Shown in pieces: positions 17,445-26,257 of a DNA stretch of 51,137 bases (the first letter of the stretch is position 1; each line of letters starts with the position of its first letter). Location of the stretch: assembly GCA_016204335.1 (NCBI GenBank), contig JACQKU010000004.1, positions 1 through 51,137 on the forward strand. Direction: 5' to 3'. The notes beneath the pieces were generated by a model. That model saw nothing but the letters and a program-made list of their open reading frames with translations, did no database searches and was not told the DNA's origin. Both the position numbers and the translations under genes were made by a program. Source of the stretch: Candidatus Liptonbacteria bacterium (lineage in GTDB: Bacteria; Patescibacteriota; Minisyncoccia; UBA6257; 2-01-FULL-56-20).

Positions 17445-18848
17445 CTATTTACCGCGTTTCCTTAAAATCTCCTCGGCGATTGCGCGCTCGTTCCACGGAA
17501 TTTTCTTCCCGCCTTTTATATTCATCCACGCTTCGCCTCCCTTCCCGGCCAGAAGAACAACATCTCCTTTTTGCGCGAGGTTTATGGCTTTTTCGATTGC
17601 AAGCCGCCGGTCAGTGATGCGAAACACGTTTTTGCCGAGCACGCGTTTTTTGTTCTTGAGAACGCCGGGCATAATTTCATCAATGATTGCATCGGGGTTT
17701 TCATCGTATGGGTCATCCGTTGTCACCAAAATAATATCGGCATAACGGTCGGCGATTTCTCCCATAACCGGCCTGCGCCAACGGTCGCGTCCCCCGCCCG
17801 CGCTCCCGATAAGAACAATTATCTGGCGCGATTCGAATACTTTGAGCGCTTTCAACGCTTCTTCCAATCCTTTCGGCTCATACGAATAATCCACAAAAAC
17901 CTTGAATGGTTTTTTTGTCGGAACCGCTTCCATCCGCCCCGGCGGAGCAGACGCGGACAAAAGAGCTTTCCGCGCCGCTTCAACCGGAACATTTTGCGAA
18001 AACGCGGTAACGAGCGCGGCGGCGGCGTTATAGACATTGAACTCGCCGAGTAGGCGTGTTTCGTATTTTCCGCCATCGAGTTCGAACGACGCTCCGCTTT
18101 GGGAAAGTTTTACGTTTGAAATTTTTATGCAGTCATTGCGAGTGGAACGAAGCAATCCAGAGATTGCCGCGTCGCTCCGCTCCTCGCAATGACGAGAAAA
18201 TCCGTACTTCGCTTTGATTGCGGGTTTCAAAAAGTAGCCGACATTCTTATCGTCTAAATTGTACACCCCCACACCAAACGAAGATTTGCGCCGCGGCCGG
18301 AAAAAATTAATTATCTTCGTTATGGTGTGAGGGTAGATGCCGACGCCGTTTCGCCGCTTCGCAACCTGTTCGAATAATTTTACTTTCGCGGCGCGGTACT
18401 TCTCGAACCCGCCGTGCCGTTCGATATGCTCCGGCGAAAGATTCGTGAATACGGCAACGTTGTAATCGATAAACCTCTGCCGATATTGAATAATTCCTTC
18501 GGATGACGTCTCGATAACCGCGTACTTGCAGCCGCTGTCTGCCATTTGCCGCAAAAACTTCTGCAACGCGAATCTGCCAAGCATGGTTTGCTTTGTTTCG
18601 TTCACCCATTCCTTGTCGCCGATGCGAAAATTCACCGTGGAGGCAAGGCCGGTTTTGAAACCCGCTCCCTGCAAAATATCGGCGATTAAATTGCACGTGG
18701 TGGTTTTGCCTTTAGTGCCGGTCACGCCGATGACAATCATTTTCCGCGACGGGAAGCCGTAAAAAACCGCGGCTAAAAATGCGAGAGAAAAATGATAAGG
18801 CCTAGAAATAAACTTTTGATTGCGAAGAAAATCCAGAAATTGACGCAT
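17445..18848 (-). CDS. murE: Mur ligase, MurE-like, carrying two in-frame palindromic insertions
   Basis: GVTGTKGKTT, FTNLSPEH, PGRME, VDY, AGKG; DDPY replaces the DNPR motif. Confidence 0.82.
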   Translation of the reverse strand: MRQFLDFLRNQKFISRPYHFSLAFLAAVFYGFPSRKMIVIGVTGTKGKTTTCNLIADILQGAGFKTGLASTVNFRIGDKEWVNETKQTMLGRFALQKFLRQMADSGCKYAVIETSSEGIIQYRQRFIDYNVAVFTNLSPEHIERHGGFEKYRAAKVKLFEQVAKRRNGVGIYPHTITKIINFFRPRRKSSFGVGVYNLDDKNVGYFLKPAIKAKYGFSRHCEERSDAAISGLLRSTRNDCIKISNVKLSQSGASFELDGGKYETRLLGEFNVYNAAAALVTAFSQNVPVEAARKALLSASAPPGRMEAVPTKKPFKVFVDYSYEPKGLEEALKALKVFESRQIIVLIGSAGGGRDRWRRPVMGEIADRYADIILVTTDDPYDENPDAIIDEIMPGVLKNKKRVLGKNVFRITDRRLAIEKAINLAQKGDVVLLAGKGGEAWMNIKGGKKIPWNERAIAEEILRKRGK

Positions 18849-18854
18849 ACTATT

Positions 18855-19436
18855 TCACTTCTTCCCGCTCAAAATTTTCAACGCCGCTTTCAGCCTGGCT
18901 TCGAGAGAAACGATTTTGTCATCGACTTTCTGAAGCGCAATCTTGACCTCGTCGCGACGGTAGCCGAGGCCGGCGAGCGTTTCAACGATATCGGCGTCCG
19001 ACTCCATTTTTTTAACCGATTCCTCGGATTGTTCGGCTTTCACCTTGTTCCTTAATTCAAGAATAATGCGTTCTCCGGTTTTGCTCCCAATCCCCGATGC
19101 GCGCGTCATCAAATCGGGTCTCCCCTCCTTGATTGCCGCCGTTAATTCCTTCATCGGCGCAACATCGAGAATGGCAAGCGCGGACTTCGGCCCCACGCCG
19201 CTTACCGATGTCAGCAACTGGAAAAAATCGGATTCTTCCCGGCTCAAAAATCCGTATAGGTCGAGCAGGTCTTCGCGGACATTAAGATGCGTAAAAAATT
19301 TGACCGCTCCGTCTATCGGTGGCAAACTGGTAAGCGTTCTTTGATGGACAAAAATTTTGATGCCGATGCCGGCGACCTCAACTACCGCGAAATTCTTTCC
19401 GGTTGCCGCCAATTTGCCGCTGACGCTGTAAATCAT
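18855..19436 (-). CDS. ruvA: Holliday junction branch migration protein RuvA
   Basis: LYGF, VSGVGPKSALAIL, GIGSKTGERIILEL. Confidence 0.95.
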   Translation of the reverse strand: MIYSVSGKLAATGKNFAVVEVAGIGIKIFVHQRTLTSLPPIDGAVKFFTHLNVREDLLDLYGFLSREESDFFQLLTSVSGVGPKSALAILDVAPMKELTAAIKEGRPDLMTRASGIGSKTGERIILELRNKVKAEQSEESVKKMESDADIVETLAGLGYRRDEVKIALQKVDDKIVSLEARLKAALKILSGKK

Positions 19437-19559
19437 AAATTATTACTTTAGTTATTGAGATATTGGGGTATTAAGTTATTAGGCGACTACTAACTAAATA
19501 ACCTAATTACTCACCAACTTAATAACTCATTTACCCAATTACTTAATATCAATAATATC

Positions 19560-21416
19560 ATGTTTAAATTGATTTCCAATTTTGTCCCCCAAGGCGACCA
19601 GCCGGACGCCATCGAAAAGCTGTCCGAAGGGGTGAGCCACGGCCTCGAACATCAGGTTCTTTTGGGCATTACCGGAAGCGGCAAAACGTTTACGATGGCG
19701 AAAATGATTGAACAGCTTCACCTGCCGACGCTCGTCATCTCGCCGAACAAAATCCTCGCGGCCCAGCTATACCAGGAATTCAAAAGTTTTTTCCCGGAAA
19801 ACGCGGTTCATTATTTCGTTTCCTACTATGACTACTACCAGCCCGAGGCGTATCTGCCTTCGACCGACACGTACATCGCGAAAGACGCGCGCATCAATAA
19901 GGACATCGACCGGCTCCGGCACGCGGCGCTCCAGGCGGTGCTCGAACGCCGCGACACCATTGTCATCGCTTCGGTTTCCTGCATTTACGGCGTCGGCGAC
20001 CCGGCGGAATATCAGAAAGCGTGTCTCGCCCTGAAACTCGGACAGAAAATAAGTCCGGCTGACGCGGCGCGGCACCTTAATTTTTTGCAGTACGAACGTG
20101 TAGAGCGCGAGCCGGAGCATATCGGCCAGTTCAAACTCGAAAAAAACGAACTTGTGGTTTATACAATCGCCGGAGAAAGAATATTATTGACATTTTCCGC
20201 CAAAGGCGGATCCGCCTCGGGCGGAAAAAATCAACTTGTTTCAATTTTCAACTCCCACAAAAACGAGTCGATACAGTCGCTCAAAATATTTCCGGCGAAA
20301 TTTTGGGTGACGCCGCGCGACCGGCTCCGCATCGCCATTGCGAACATCAAAAAAGAACTGTCCGAGCGCGTTGAGGACTTGCAGGCCGCGAACAAATTCG
20401 CCGAAGCCGAACGGCTTACCAAGCGCGTTTCGTTCGACCTCGAACGGCTGAAAAAAGACGGGTATATGAACGGAATCGAAAACTACTCGCGGCATCTCTC
20501 ATTCCGAGAGCAGGGCGAACCGCCGATGACCATTCTCGATTATTTCCCAAAACCGTTTTTGCTATTTATCGACGAATCGCACATCGGCGTGCCCCAACTG
20601 AACGGGATGTACGCGGGCGACCGGAGGCGCAAGCAAACGCTTGTTGATTACGGCTTCCGGCTTCCGTCCGCTCTCGACAACCGCCCGCTCCGGTTCGAGG
20701 AATTCAAAAAGAAAATCGGCCAGACGATTTATGTTTCGGCGACGCCCGGCGACTATGAAATGCAAATTGTAAAAGAAACGGGGCAGGTCGCGGAGCAAAT
20801 CATCAGGCCCACCGGCGTGCTCGACCCTGAAATCATCATCAGGCCGGCGCAGACGCAGATAAAAAGTTTGCTCGCGGAAATAAAAAAGCGGACGCTCAAA
20901 AACGAGCGGGTTTTGGCGCTGACGCTCACGAAACGCCAGTCCGAAGACCTGACCGAATTTCTTTTGAGCCGCGGCATCAAAGCCGAATATATCCATTCGG
21001 AAATAAAAACGCTGAAGCGGCCCGAAATTCTCCACAGGTTGCGGAGCGGCGAAGTTGACGTGCTCGTCGGCATCAATCTTTTGCGCGAAGGTTTGGATTT
21101 GCCGGAAGTTTCGCTCGTGGCAATTTTGAACGCCGACCGCGAAGGATTTTTGCGGAATCACCGGAGCTTGATGCAGATGGCGGGCCGCGCGGCGCGCTCC
21201 ACCAACGGCCAGGTGATTTTCTACGCCGACCAGATTACCGAATCCATCAGAAAAGCGGTCGGCGAAACCAACCGCCGCCGGAAAGTCCAGCTCGCGTTCA
21301 ACAAAAAATTCTCATTGGAGCCGAAGACAATCAAAAAGCCGCTCACGGTCGCGAGTTTGCTCGAAATCGCGGGGTTTCGGAGCGAAAACGACGCGCAGAT
21401 TGCGGACGAGGATTGA
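19560..21416 (+). CDS. uvrB: Excinuclease ABC subunit B
   Basis: GITGSGKT, YYDYYQPEAY beta-hairpin, DESH, GINLLREGLDLPEV, GRAAR; no obvious C-terminal UVR coiled coil. Confidence 0.96.
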   Translation: MFKLISNFVPQGDQPDAIEKLSEGVSHGLEHQVLLGITGSGKTFTMAKMIEQLHLPTLVISPNKILAAQLYQEFKSFFPENAVHYFVSYYDYYQPEAYLPSTDTYIAKDARINKDIDRLRHAALQAVLERRDTIVIASVSCIYGVGDPAEYQKACLALKLGQKISPADAARHLNFLQYERVEREPEHIGQFKLEKNELVVYTIAGERILLTFSAKGGSASGGKNQLVSIFNSHKNESIQSLKIFPAKFWVTPRDRLRIAIANIKKELSERVEDLQAANKFAEAERLTKRVSFDLERLKKDGYMNGIENYSRHLSFREQGEPPMTILDYFPKPFLLFIDESHIGVPQLNGMYAGDRRRKQTLVDYGFRLPSALDNRPLRFEEFKKKIGQTIYVSATPGDYEMQIVKETGQVAEQIIRPTGVLDPEIIIRPAQTQIKSLLAEIKKRTLKNERVLALTLTKRQSEDLTEFLLSRGIKAEYIHSEIKTLKRPEILHRLRSGEVDVLVGINLLREGLDLPEVSLVAILNADREGFLRNHRSLMQMAGRAARSTNGQVIFYADQITESIRKAVGETNRRRKVQLAFNKKFSLEPKTIKKPLTVASLLEIAGFRSENDAQIADED

Positions 21417-21490
21417 TCCCGTGAGAAGTCCGATGCGAAGACGCATCGGCAGTCCAGACGGCGCTGTCGGGATTTACTTCTAAATTGAGC

Positions 21491-21518
21491 TTGACAGGTA
21501 TAGCAATTTTGCTATACT
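21491..21518 (+). promoter_or_regulatory. Sigma70 promoter with overlapping operator palindrome for the TA operon
   Basis: TTGACA-16-TATACT; GTATAGCAA-TT-TTGCTATAC at 21498-21517. Confidence 0.75.
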
Positions 21519-21557
21519 GGAAAATGAAAGGTCGGCGGCCGGAATACAATAAACAAT

Positions 21558-21857
21558 GTGAATATACAGATACTCAGCAATGTCTCGAAGTTTCTTGAAG
21601 GACTCTCAAGAGAGGACGACGCCAAAATAGCCGCGCATTTGAAATCGCTTGCAATGGATCAGACCGACGGGCTTGCGATAAAACCTCTCAAAGGGAAAAT
21701 AAAAGAACTAATCGTGAGGCAATACCGAATCGTGTTCTTCAAAATAGGCGATAGCGGATATGTCGTGGATGTTTTCAGAAAACAGAGCAAGAAAACCCCG
21801 AAGCGAACCATCGAGCGAGCCGAGAGAATCTATCGGGACATTAATGCAAAGCAATAA
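21558..21857 (+). CDS. RelE/HigB-like (Gp49-type) toxin
   Basis: KPLKGKIKELIV..YRIVFF..FRKQSKKTP; upstream of an HTH antitoxin; GTG start. Confidence 0.82.
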   Translation: MNIQILSNVSKFLEGLSREDDAKIAAHLKSLAMDQTDGLAIKPLKGKIKELIVRQYRIVFFKIGDSGYVVDVFRKQSKKTPKRTIERAERIYRDINAKQ

Positions 21858-21886
21858 CTGCCAGTCGGGTAATAACAAAAAATGAG

Positions 21887-22204
21887 ATGAAAAAAATAAA
21901 CGCTGCAAAATATAATTTTACTTCGCTTGATACGATCATCAGAAAAAAACTCGCCAATCGGCGATTCCGCGCGTCGTTCACGGAAGAAACAAACAGATTG
22001 CAATTGGCACGCGAAATCAGAGGATTACGCGCGAAGAGGAATATGACCCAGAAAGAAGTCGCGGCGGAGGCGAATATGCCCCAATCCGTTGTCGCGCGTA
22101 TAGAATCAGGAACGCACAGCGTCTCGATTGCCACGCTTCATAAAATCGCGGGGGTCTTCGAAAAACGTGTCGGCTTGGTGGGACAAACACAAGACCGCAG
22201 ATAA
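21887..22204 (+). CDS. XRE-family HTH antitoxin (HigA-like)
   Basis: MTQKEVA..MPQSVVARIESG HTH. Confidence 0.85.
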   Translation: MKKINAAKYNFTSLDTIIRKKLANRRFRASFTEETNRLQLAREIRGLRAKRNMTQKEVAAEANMPQSVVARIESGTHSVSIATLHKIAGVFEKRVGLVGQTQDRR

Positions 22205-22327
22205 CCGCTCACGGTCGCGAGTTTGCTCGAAATCGCGGGGTTTCGGAAAAACGAAGAGGATATTGATACGTCGTTGGTTGAAGAAGAATAGTTACTCTGA
22301 TAAAATATATGAAACTAAAGATACGAT

Positions 22328-23593
22328 ATGTCATCAAAAAAATTTATATTTCAAGATAAAAAAATAAAGATTGATTCCGATACTACAAAAATACTGGATG
22401 ATTTCTTTGACACAATCCCTACTCTGGAAAAAGAGTTAGAGAAAACTCTGTTGGTTTTATTTGATTCAAAAACTAAAGTTTTTTATACACTCTGTAATAT
22501 AAAAAAGAAAAATTTTGTGGGTTTAGTAGATAAAAATGCGGTCATTGACCCTGATCTCCAGGAAGATTACAAGTTAAATAGAGACCTTCAGCCGAACAAT
22601 CCAGATTTCAAGGAAATGCAAAATGACGCAAGTAAGGGCAGGCAATTTACTGATATTGTAGTCGAATACAATAAACAATATAAACCAGATAGGCCCTTAA
22701 AAATCCTGGGTGGCCAGCACAGGGCAGAGGCGATAGAACAAAAATCTCCAGATGAATCAGTACATGGATTGAGAATTTATTTCAACCTAGATAAAGACAA
22801 AAGAGCTGAAATCGCTATAATTTCTAACACGAATATCGATATTTCTCCTGACCTGCTTGATAGAATGGAGGAGCAAAGACTTGATCCACCAAATAAGCTT
22901 AGAGATTTTGCATACGCAATAGGCTTGCTTGAAAAAGGTAAAGATTTTGCTGATTCAAGAGTTAACCCTAATAATTTACCTACGGTAAGGATGGCTAGAA
23001 CATTTATAGTTAATTTTTATAAGGGAAGGGAATACGAAGAAGATTATGATAGCGATGCATTAGAAGGAATGATTTGTTCTTCATCTGGCATGGATTCTGA
23101 TTACGAAAAAATTTATAAAATTAAAAACTTTGCTGAGGATGAAAAATTAGTAGGAGCAGGAAAAAAATTTATAGAATTACATAAAAAACAATATAAAATT
23201 GCCTCGAATAGAGAGGGACTTAAACAAGTAAAAGCCCACAGGATGAAAGCAATGGCTATAGCAGTTGTTTCTGCGTGGTCTTACGTAAGTGGGTTGTTAC
23301 AACGTGATTCGAAAAGATTAAGTAAATTTTACGATTTACCAAAAAACTCTGGCAAGAATGACCCGCTGAATGCAAAAGCGATGACAGCTTTTCAGCTTAA
23401 AGGCGTTGACCCCGAAGCATATCGTGGGCTTGGCACAAGAACAGACGCAAAAGAACGTGGCAGATTAATAACAATTTTCTTAGAATACTCTAAGGCCGCA
23501 AGTGGAGACGAAATAAATCCAACTTTATTAGACCGAGCAGTTAGATATTATCAAGGCAATAAAATGAGAAAAGAGGGTGATAAATATAAATGA
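22328..23593 (+). CDS. DGQHR/DndB-ParB-like domain protein (GGQHR variant), AT-rich
   Basis: LNRDL, ILGGQHRAEAI and AEIAIISNTN spacing matches the DGQHR pattern; uncharacterised C-terminal region. Confidence 0.65.
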   Translation: MSSKKFIFQDKKIKIDSDTTKILDDFFDTIPTLEKELEKTLLVLFDSKTKVFYTLCNIKKKNFVGLVDKNAVIDPDLQEDYKLNRDLQPNNPDFKEMQNDASKGRQFTDIVVEYNKQYKPDRPLKILGGQHRAEAIEQKSPDESVHGLRIYFNLDKDKRAEIAIISNTNIDISPDLLDRMEEQRLDPPNKLRDFAYAIGLLEKGKDFADSRVNPNNLPTVRMARTFIVNFYKGREYEEDYDSDALEGMICSSSGMDSDYEKIYKIKNFAEDEKLVGAGKKFIELHKKQYKIASNREGLKQVKAHRMKAMAIAVVSAWSYVSGLLQRDSKRLSKFYDLPKNSGKNDPLNAKAMTAFQLKGVDPEAYRGLGTRTDAKERGRLITIFLEYSKAASGDEINPTLLDRAVRYYQGNKMRKEGDKYK

Positions 23594-24135
23594 AATCCTC
23601 TAGTTATTCATTGATAGATCATATAAAACTGCTCCTCGATTCAAACGAATGGTATCTTGAAAAGATTAGAACGAAAAATACTCTCCCATTCCAGGAAGAG
23701 ATTTTTTGTATGGCGGTCATATCTAATGCTTGGTCGGCATTAGAAGGATACATTAATTTCATAGCTTCTTTGGCAAAATTCGCTAGAAAACTTGAATCTC
23801 ACGAAATGGCCTTCCTTGAGGAAATGGATTGGAAATTAAACGACAAGGGGAAATTTGAAAAACAGACAGCCTATCAGTCAACTACTAAAAAGTTCCTTTT
23901 TTTGTTAGAAAGGTTTTCTTCTGTAAAAATAGTTAAATTTAATAAAAGTAGAATCTGGAACGATATGAAAGTATCAGAAAAAATAAGAAATGGCCTCATA
24001 CATCCAAAAGAAACTATCGTCTTTAAGGATTTTAATCTTGAAACAGCAGAAATGACACATAAGACCGCCAAACTAGCTATTCTTTTTTTGGAGAAAAAAG
24101 TTTTGAAATCAAAACACTCGAGTTTCCAAAGTTAA
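23590..24135 (+). CDS. Putative HEPN-domain ribonuclease
   Basis: N-terminal helix AWSALEGYIN and RNGLIH (Rx4H); ATGA overlap with the upstream gene. Confidence 0.65.
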   Translation: MKSSSYSLIDHIKLLLDSNEWYLEKIRTKNTLPFQEEIFCMAVISNAWSALEGYINFIASLAKFARKLESHEMAFLEEMDWKLNDKGKFEKQTAYQSTTKKFLFLLERFSSVKIVKFNKSRIWNDMKVSEKIRNGLIHPKETIVFKDFNLETAEMTHKTAKLAILFLEKKVLKSKHSSFQS

Positions 24136-24179
24136 GACCTTGTAAATTTTCCGGTTCCTGCTATACTACTCTCACTTTC

Positions 24180-24434
24180 ATGCCCATCACGCAATCAGCC
24201 AAAAAAGCGCTTCGGCAGAATATCCGCCGGCGGGTTCAGAACGTCAGGAAAATGGACGCGGTGAAAAGCGCCGTCAAGAAGTACAAAAAACTGGCTTCGG
24301 AGAAAAAAACCGCCGAGGCGGAAAAACAGCTCTCGCTCGTTTATAAAGCGATTGATAAGGCGGTTAAAACAAATTCACTCAATCGCAATAAGGGCAGCCG
24401 GATGAAATCCCGGCTCGCGAAGCTCGCACGATAA
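24180..24434 (+). CDS. rpsT: 30S ribosomal protein S20
   Basis: MPITQSAKKALRQ, IDKAVK, NKGSRMKSRL. Confidence 0.96.
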   Translation: MPITQSAKKALRQNIRRRVQNVRKMDAVKSAVKKYKKLASEKKTAEAEKQLSLVYKAIDKAVKTNSLNRNKGSRMKSRLAKLAR

Positions 24435-24446
24435 CCTTGACCTTGA

Positions 24447-24869
24447 CTATGACAGTGACGATGATTTTGACGCTGGCGAGGATAGGTAGCCGGTAAATTT
24501 CCTTAATCGTTTCGCAAGGCTTCTTGCTTCTTCCAAAAATTCCGAGTGTTGCACCTCCGAAATATAGCCATCATCAAGCGCACAATCCAAACAAGAAACT
24601 ACCTCGTCCAACGAGCAATGCGCTCTATTGATGTAAAGCCGCATATCTTTGTCCGTACTTTTGTTGGTGCTCTCCGCAATATTTAAAACAATGGAGTTCA
24701 ACGCCCGTTTCGTCTGGTCGGTCAAAGCATATATTTCGCTTTTCGGATAGCTTTTCAAAATTTCGTTAATTTTATTCCTAAATAATCTAGAATCTGTGTA
24801 AACATCCCATTCTCTAAACCTGAAGCCGTACTCGTCAACTTTTTTCCTCTCTGTCATAGTCATTGTCAT
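24447..24869 (-). CDS. Four helix bundle protein (23S rRNA intervening-sequence protein family)
   Basis: YPKSEIYALTDQTKRALNSIVLNIAE, SLDEV; ends made of hexamer repeats. Confidence 0.85.
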   Translation of the reverse strand: MTMTMTERKKVDEYGFRFREWDVYTDSRLFRNKINEILKSYPKSEIYALTDQTKRALNSIVLNIAESTNKSTDKDMRLYINRAHCSLDEVVSCLDCALDDGYISEVQHSEFLEEARSLAKRLRKFTGYLSSPASKSSSLS

Positions 24870-24872
24870 AGA

Positions 24873-25685
24873 TCACAGTACTACATCCAGCAACGCTTCC
24901 TCATAATCCAACTTTCCAGATTTCACCAATATGTCATATGTTGCGAGCCGTCCAAGCTTCTCGGGCCACTGGTAGATAATCATATTGAAAATCTTCGGGA
25001 GCGGCTCGTTCATCGAGAAAAGTTTTTCGAGCGATGCCATCCTGTTCTCGAGCTGATATCCTTTCAAGCCCTGTAAAAGGCTGAAATAATTCGGCGCGAT
25101 TTCAAGGCCGAGTTTTTCGAGTTCCCGCGCGCCGAGCGGCTGGTCTTGATTTTTGATAACCGGACTCAAAGAGCTTATTTTCTGCAACTCGGTGACCAAT
25201 CGCCACGCATCGTTTTCATACGCCCTCGAAAGAAATTCCAGAGCGGGAACTCCGAGTTTTACTCCACATTCTCCGGCTTTTGCGGCGATGAATTCTTCCC
25301 ATTCTTTTCCTTCGAGATAGTCGAATTTTTGGACGTCGACTTTCGCGGACTTTTTGGAAAGAAATCCGAATCCCTCGGTCGGCTTCTTTTCGGAGAGCAA
25401 AACGGTCATGCCGCTTTGTTTCGCGGCTTGTTTCAGTTCTTCCGCGAGTTTTTTGCTCGCCGACTCTTCGGCTCCCGCGTAGAAAGCATTTTCAAGAATC
25501 GCGAACTTGTCCGGCGCGAAGAGCGACTGGTTTTTTATAAAATCCTGAAACCGGAGAAAATTTTCTTTATCGGCAAGGTCGAAAGAATCGATGCTTACGC
25601 CGCGCTTCCCCCGGAACTCCGCGATGATGCTCCTTTTTTTCTCTTCCCGGCGGTAATCGTCGGGACCGCATAAAAAAATCAGCAT
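24873..25685 (-). CDS. holA: DNA polymerase III delta subunit
   Basis: MLIFLCGPDDY, QSLFA, LVTELQKI, DILVKSG. Confidence 0.75.
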   Translation of the reverse strand: MLIFLCGPDDYRREEKKRSIIAEFRGKRGVSIDSFDLADKENFLRFQDFIKNQSLFAPDKFAILENAFYAGAEESASKKLAEELKQAAKQSGMTVLLSEKKPTEGFGFLSKKSAKVDVQKFDYLEGKEWEEFIAAKAGECGVKLGVPALEFLSRAYENDAWRLVTELQKISSLSPVIKNQDQPLGARELEKLGLEIAPNYFSLLQGLKGYQLENRMASLEKLFSMNEPLPKIFNMIIYQWPEKLGRLATYDILVKSGKLDYEEALLDVVL

Positions 25686-25779
25686 TTTTTAAATTTCTAG
25701 TATCTAAACTCTAAACAATATCAAAACTCCAAATTCAAATCTTTGGCAGGAGCTAAAAAAACGAATGGTACTCGCAAGA

Positions 25780-26016
25780 TTACGAAACCGCCACAAGGGT
25801 TTTCGTTCTGGGAGCGCGCAATAACGTGGACGCCCGCTTGAGAAATCCCGCTGCTTCGAGTATTTCCACGTAAACCGGAATCCCTTTTTTGCTGAAGTGA
25901 ACGACGACATTGCCCATTTCGGACGCGTAGTCAATCGGCGCTTTGCCGAGTTCAACGCGGAGCACGTCGGCTTCAGGTTCGTAGCTCATCGCGACTTTTT
26001 TATTTCCTTTTTTCAT
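25780..26016 (-). CDS. DUF2283-like protein (putative antitoxin)
   Basis: SYEPEADVLRV, GIPVYVEILEAA. Confidence 0.75.
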   Translation of the reverse strand: MKKGNKKVAMSYEPEADVLRVELGKAPIDYASEMGNVVVHFSKKGIPVYVEILEAAGFLKRASTLLRAPRTKTLVAVS

Positions 26017-26257
26017 ATTGGTTTTTTCTGCCGGGGTAAAACGTAATGACGACTTTGACGCCCAATTCTTCCTTATATACTACTCGCAGAACTCGCGCAT
26101 TGTCAAAATCGCGCTGGGCGATTCTGAGAGGCCGTCTTGAATCATCGATAAAATCGGGATTCTGGACGGCTTCGATTATGTCGGCCTTGGAAACGTAGAC
26201 CTTGTATTTCTCTAAAATCGCAAATTTTTCGAGTGCGTGCTTCGTGAAATGAATCAT
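26000..26257 (-). CDS. DUF4258-like protein (putative RelE-fold toxin)
   Basis: MIHFTKHALEK..LRVVY..VVITFYP; start at 26257 overlaps the pyrG stop (ATGA). Confidence 0.72.
   Translation of the reverse strand: MIHFTKHALEKFAILEKYKVYVSKADIIEAVQNPDFIDDSRRPLRIAQRDFDNARVLRVVYKEELGVKVVITFYPGRKNQYEKRK

Larger units (their letters stand above)
21339..22247 (+). repeat. 43-bp perfect direct repeat (21339-21381 and 22205-22247) of the uvrB 3' region bracketing the TA module
   Basis: CCGCTCACGGTCGCGAGTTTGCTCGAAATCGCGGGGTTTCGGA present twice. Confidence 0.95.

Noticed and set aside
23591-23593. TGA recoding (genetic code 25)
   Set aside because: TGA acts as stop at expected ends (infC, uvrB, pyrG, rpmH) and genes are intact under code 11
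24447-24869. Avd of a diversity-generating retroelement
   Set aside because: No reverse transcriptase or TR/VR pair in the window
21417-26257. Integron cassette array or prophage
   Set aside because: No integrase, no recognisable attC sites and no phage structural genes; modules are interleaved with core genes
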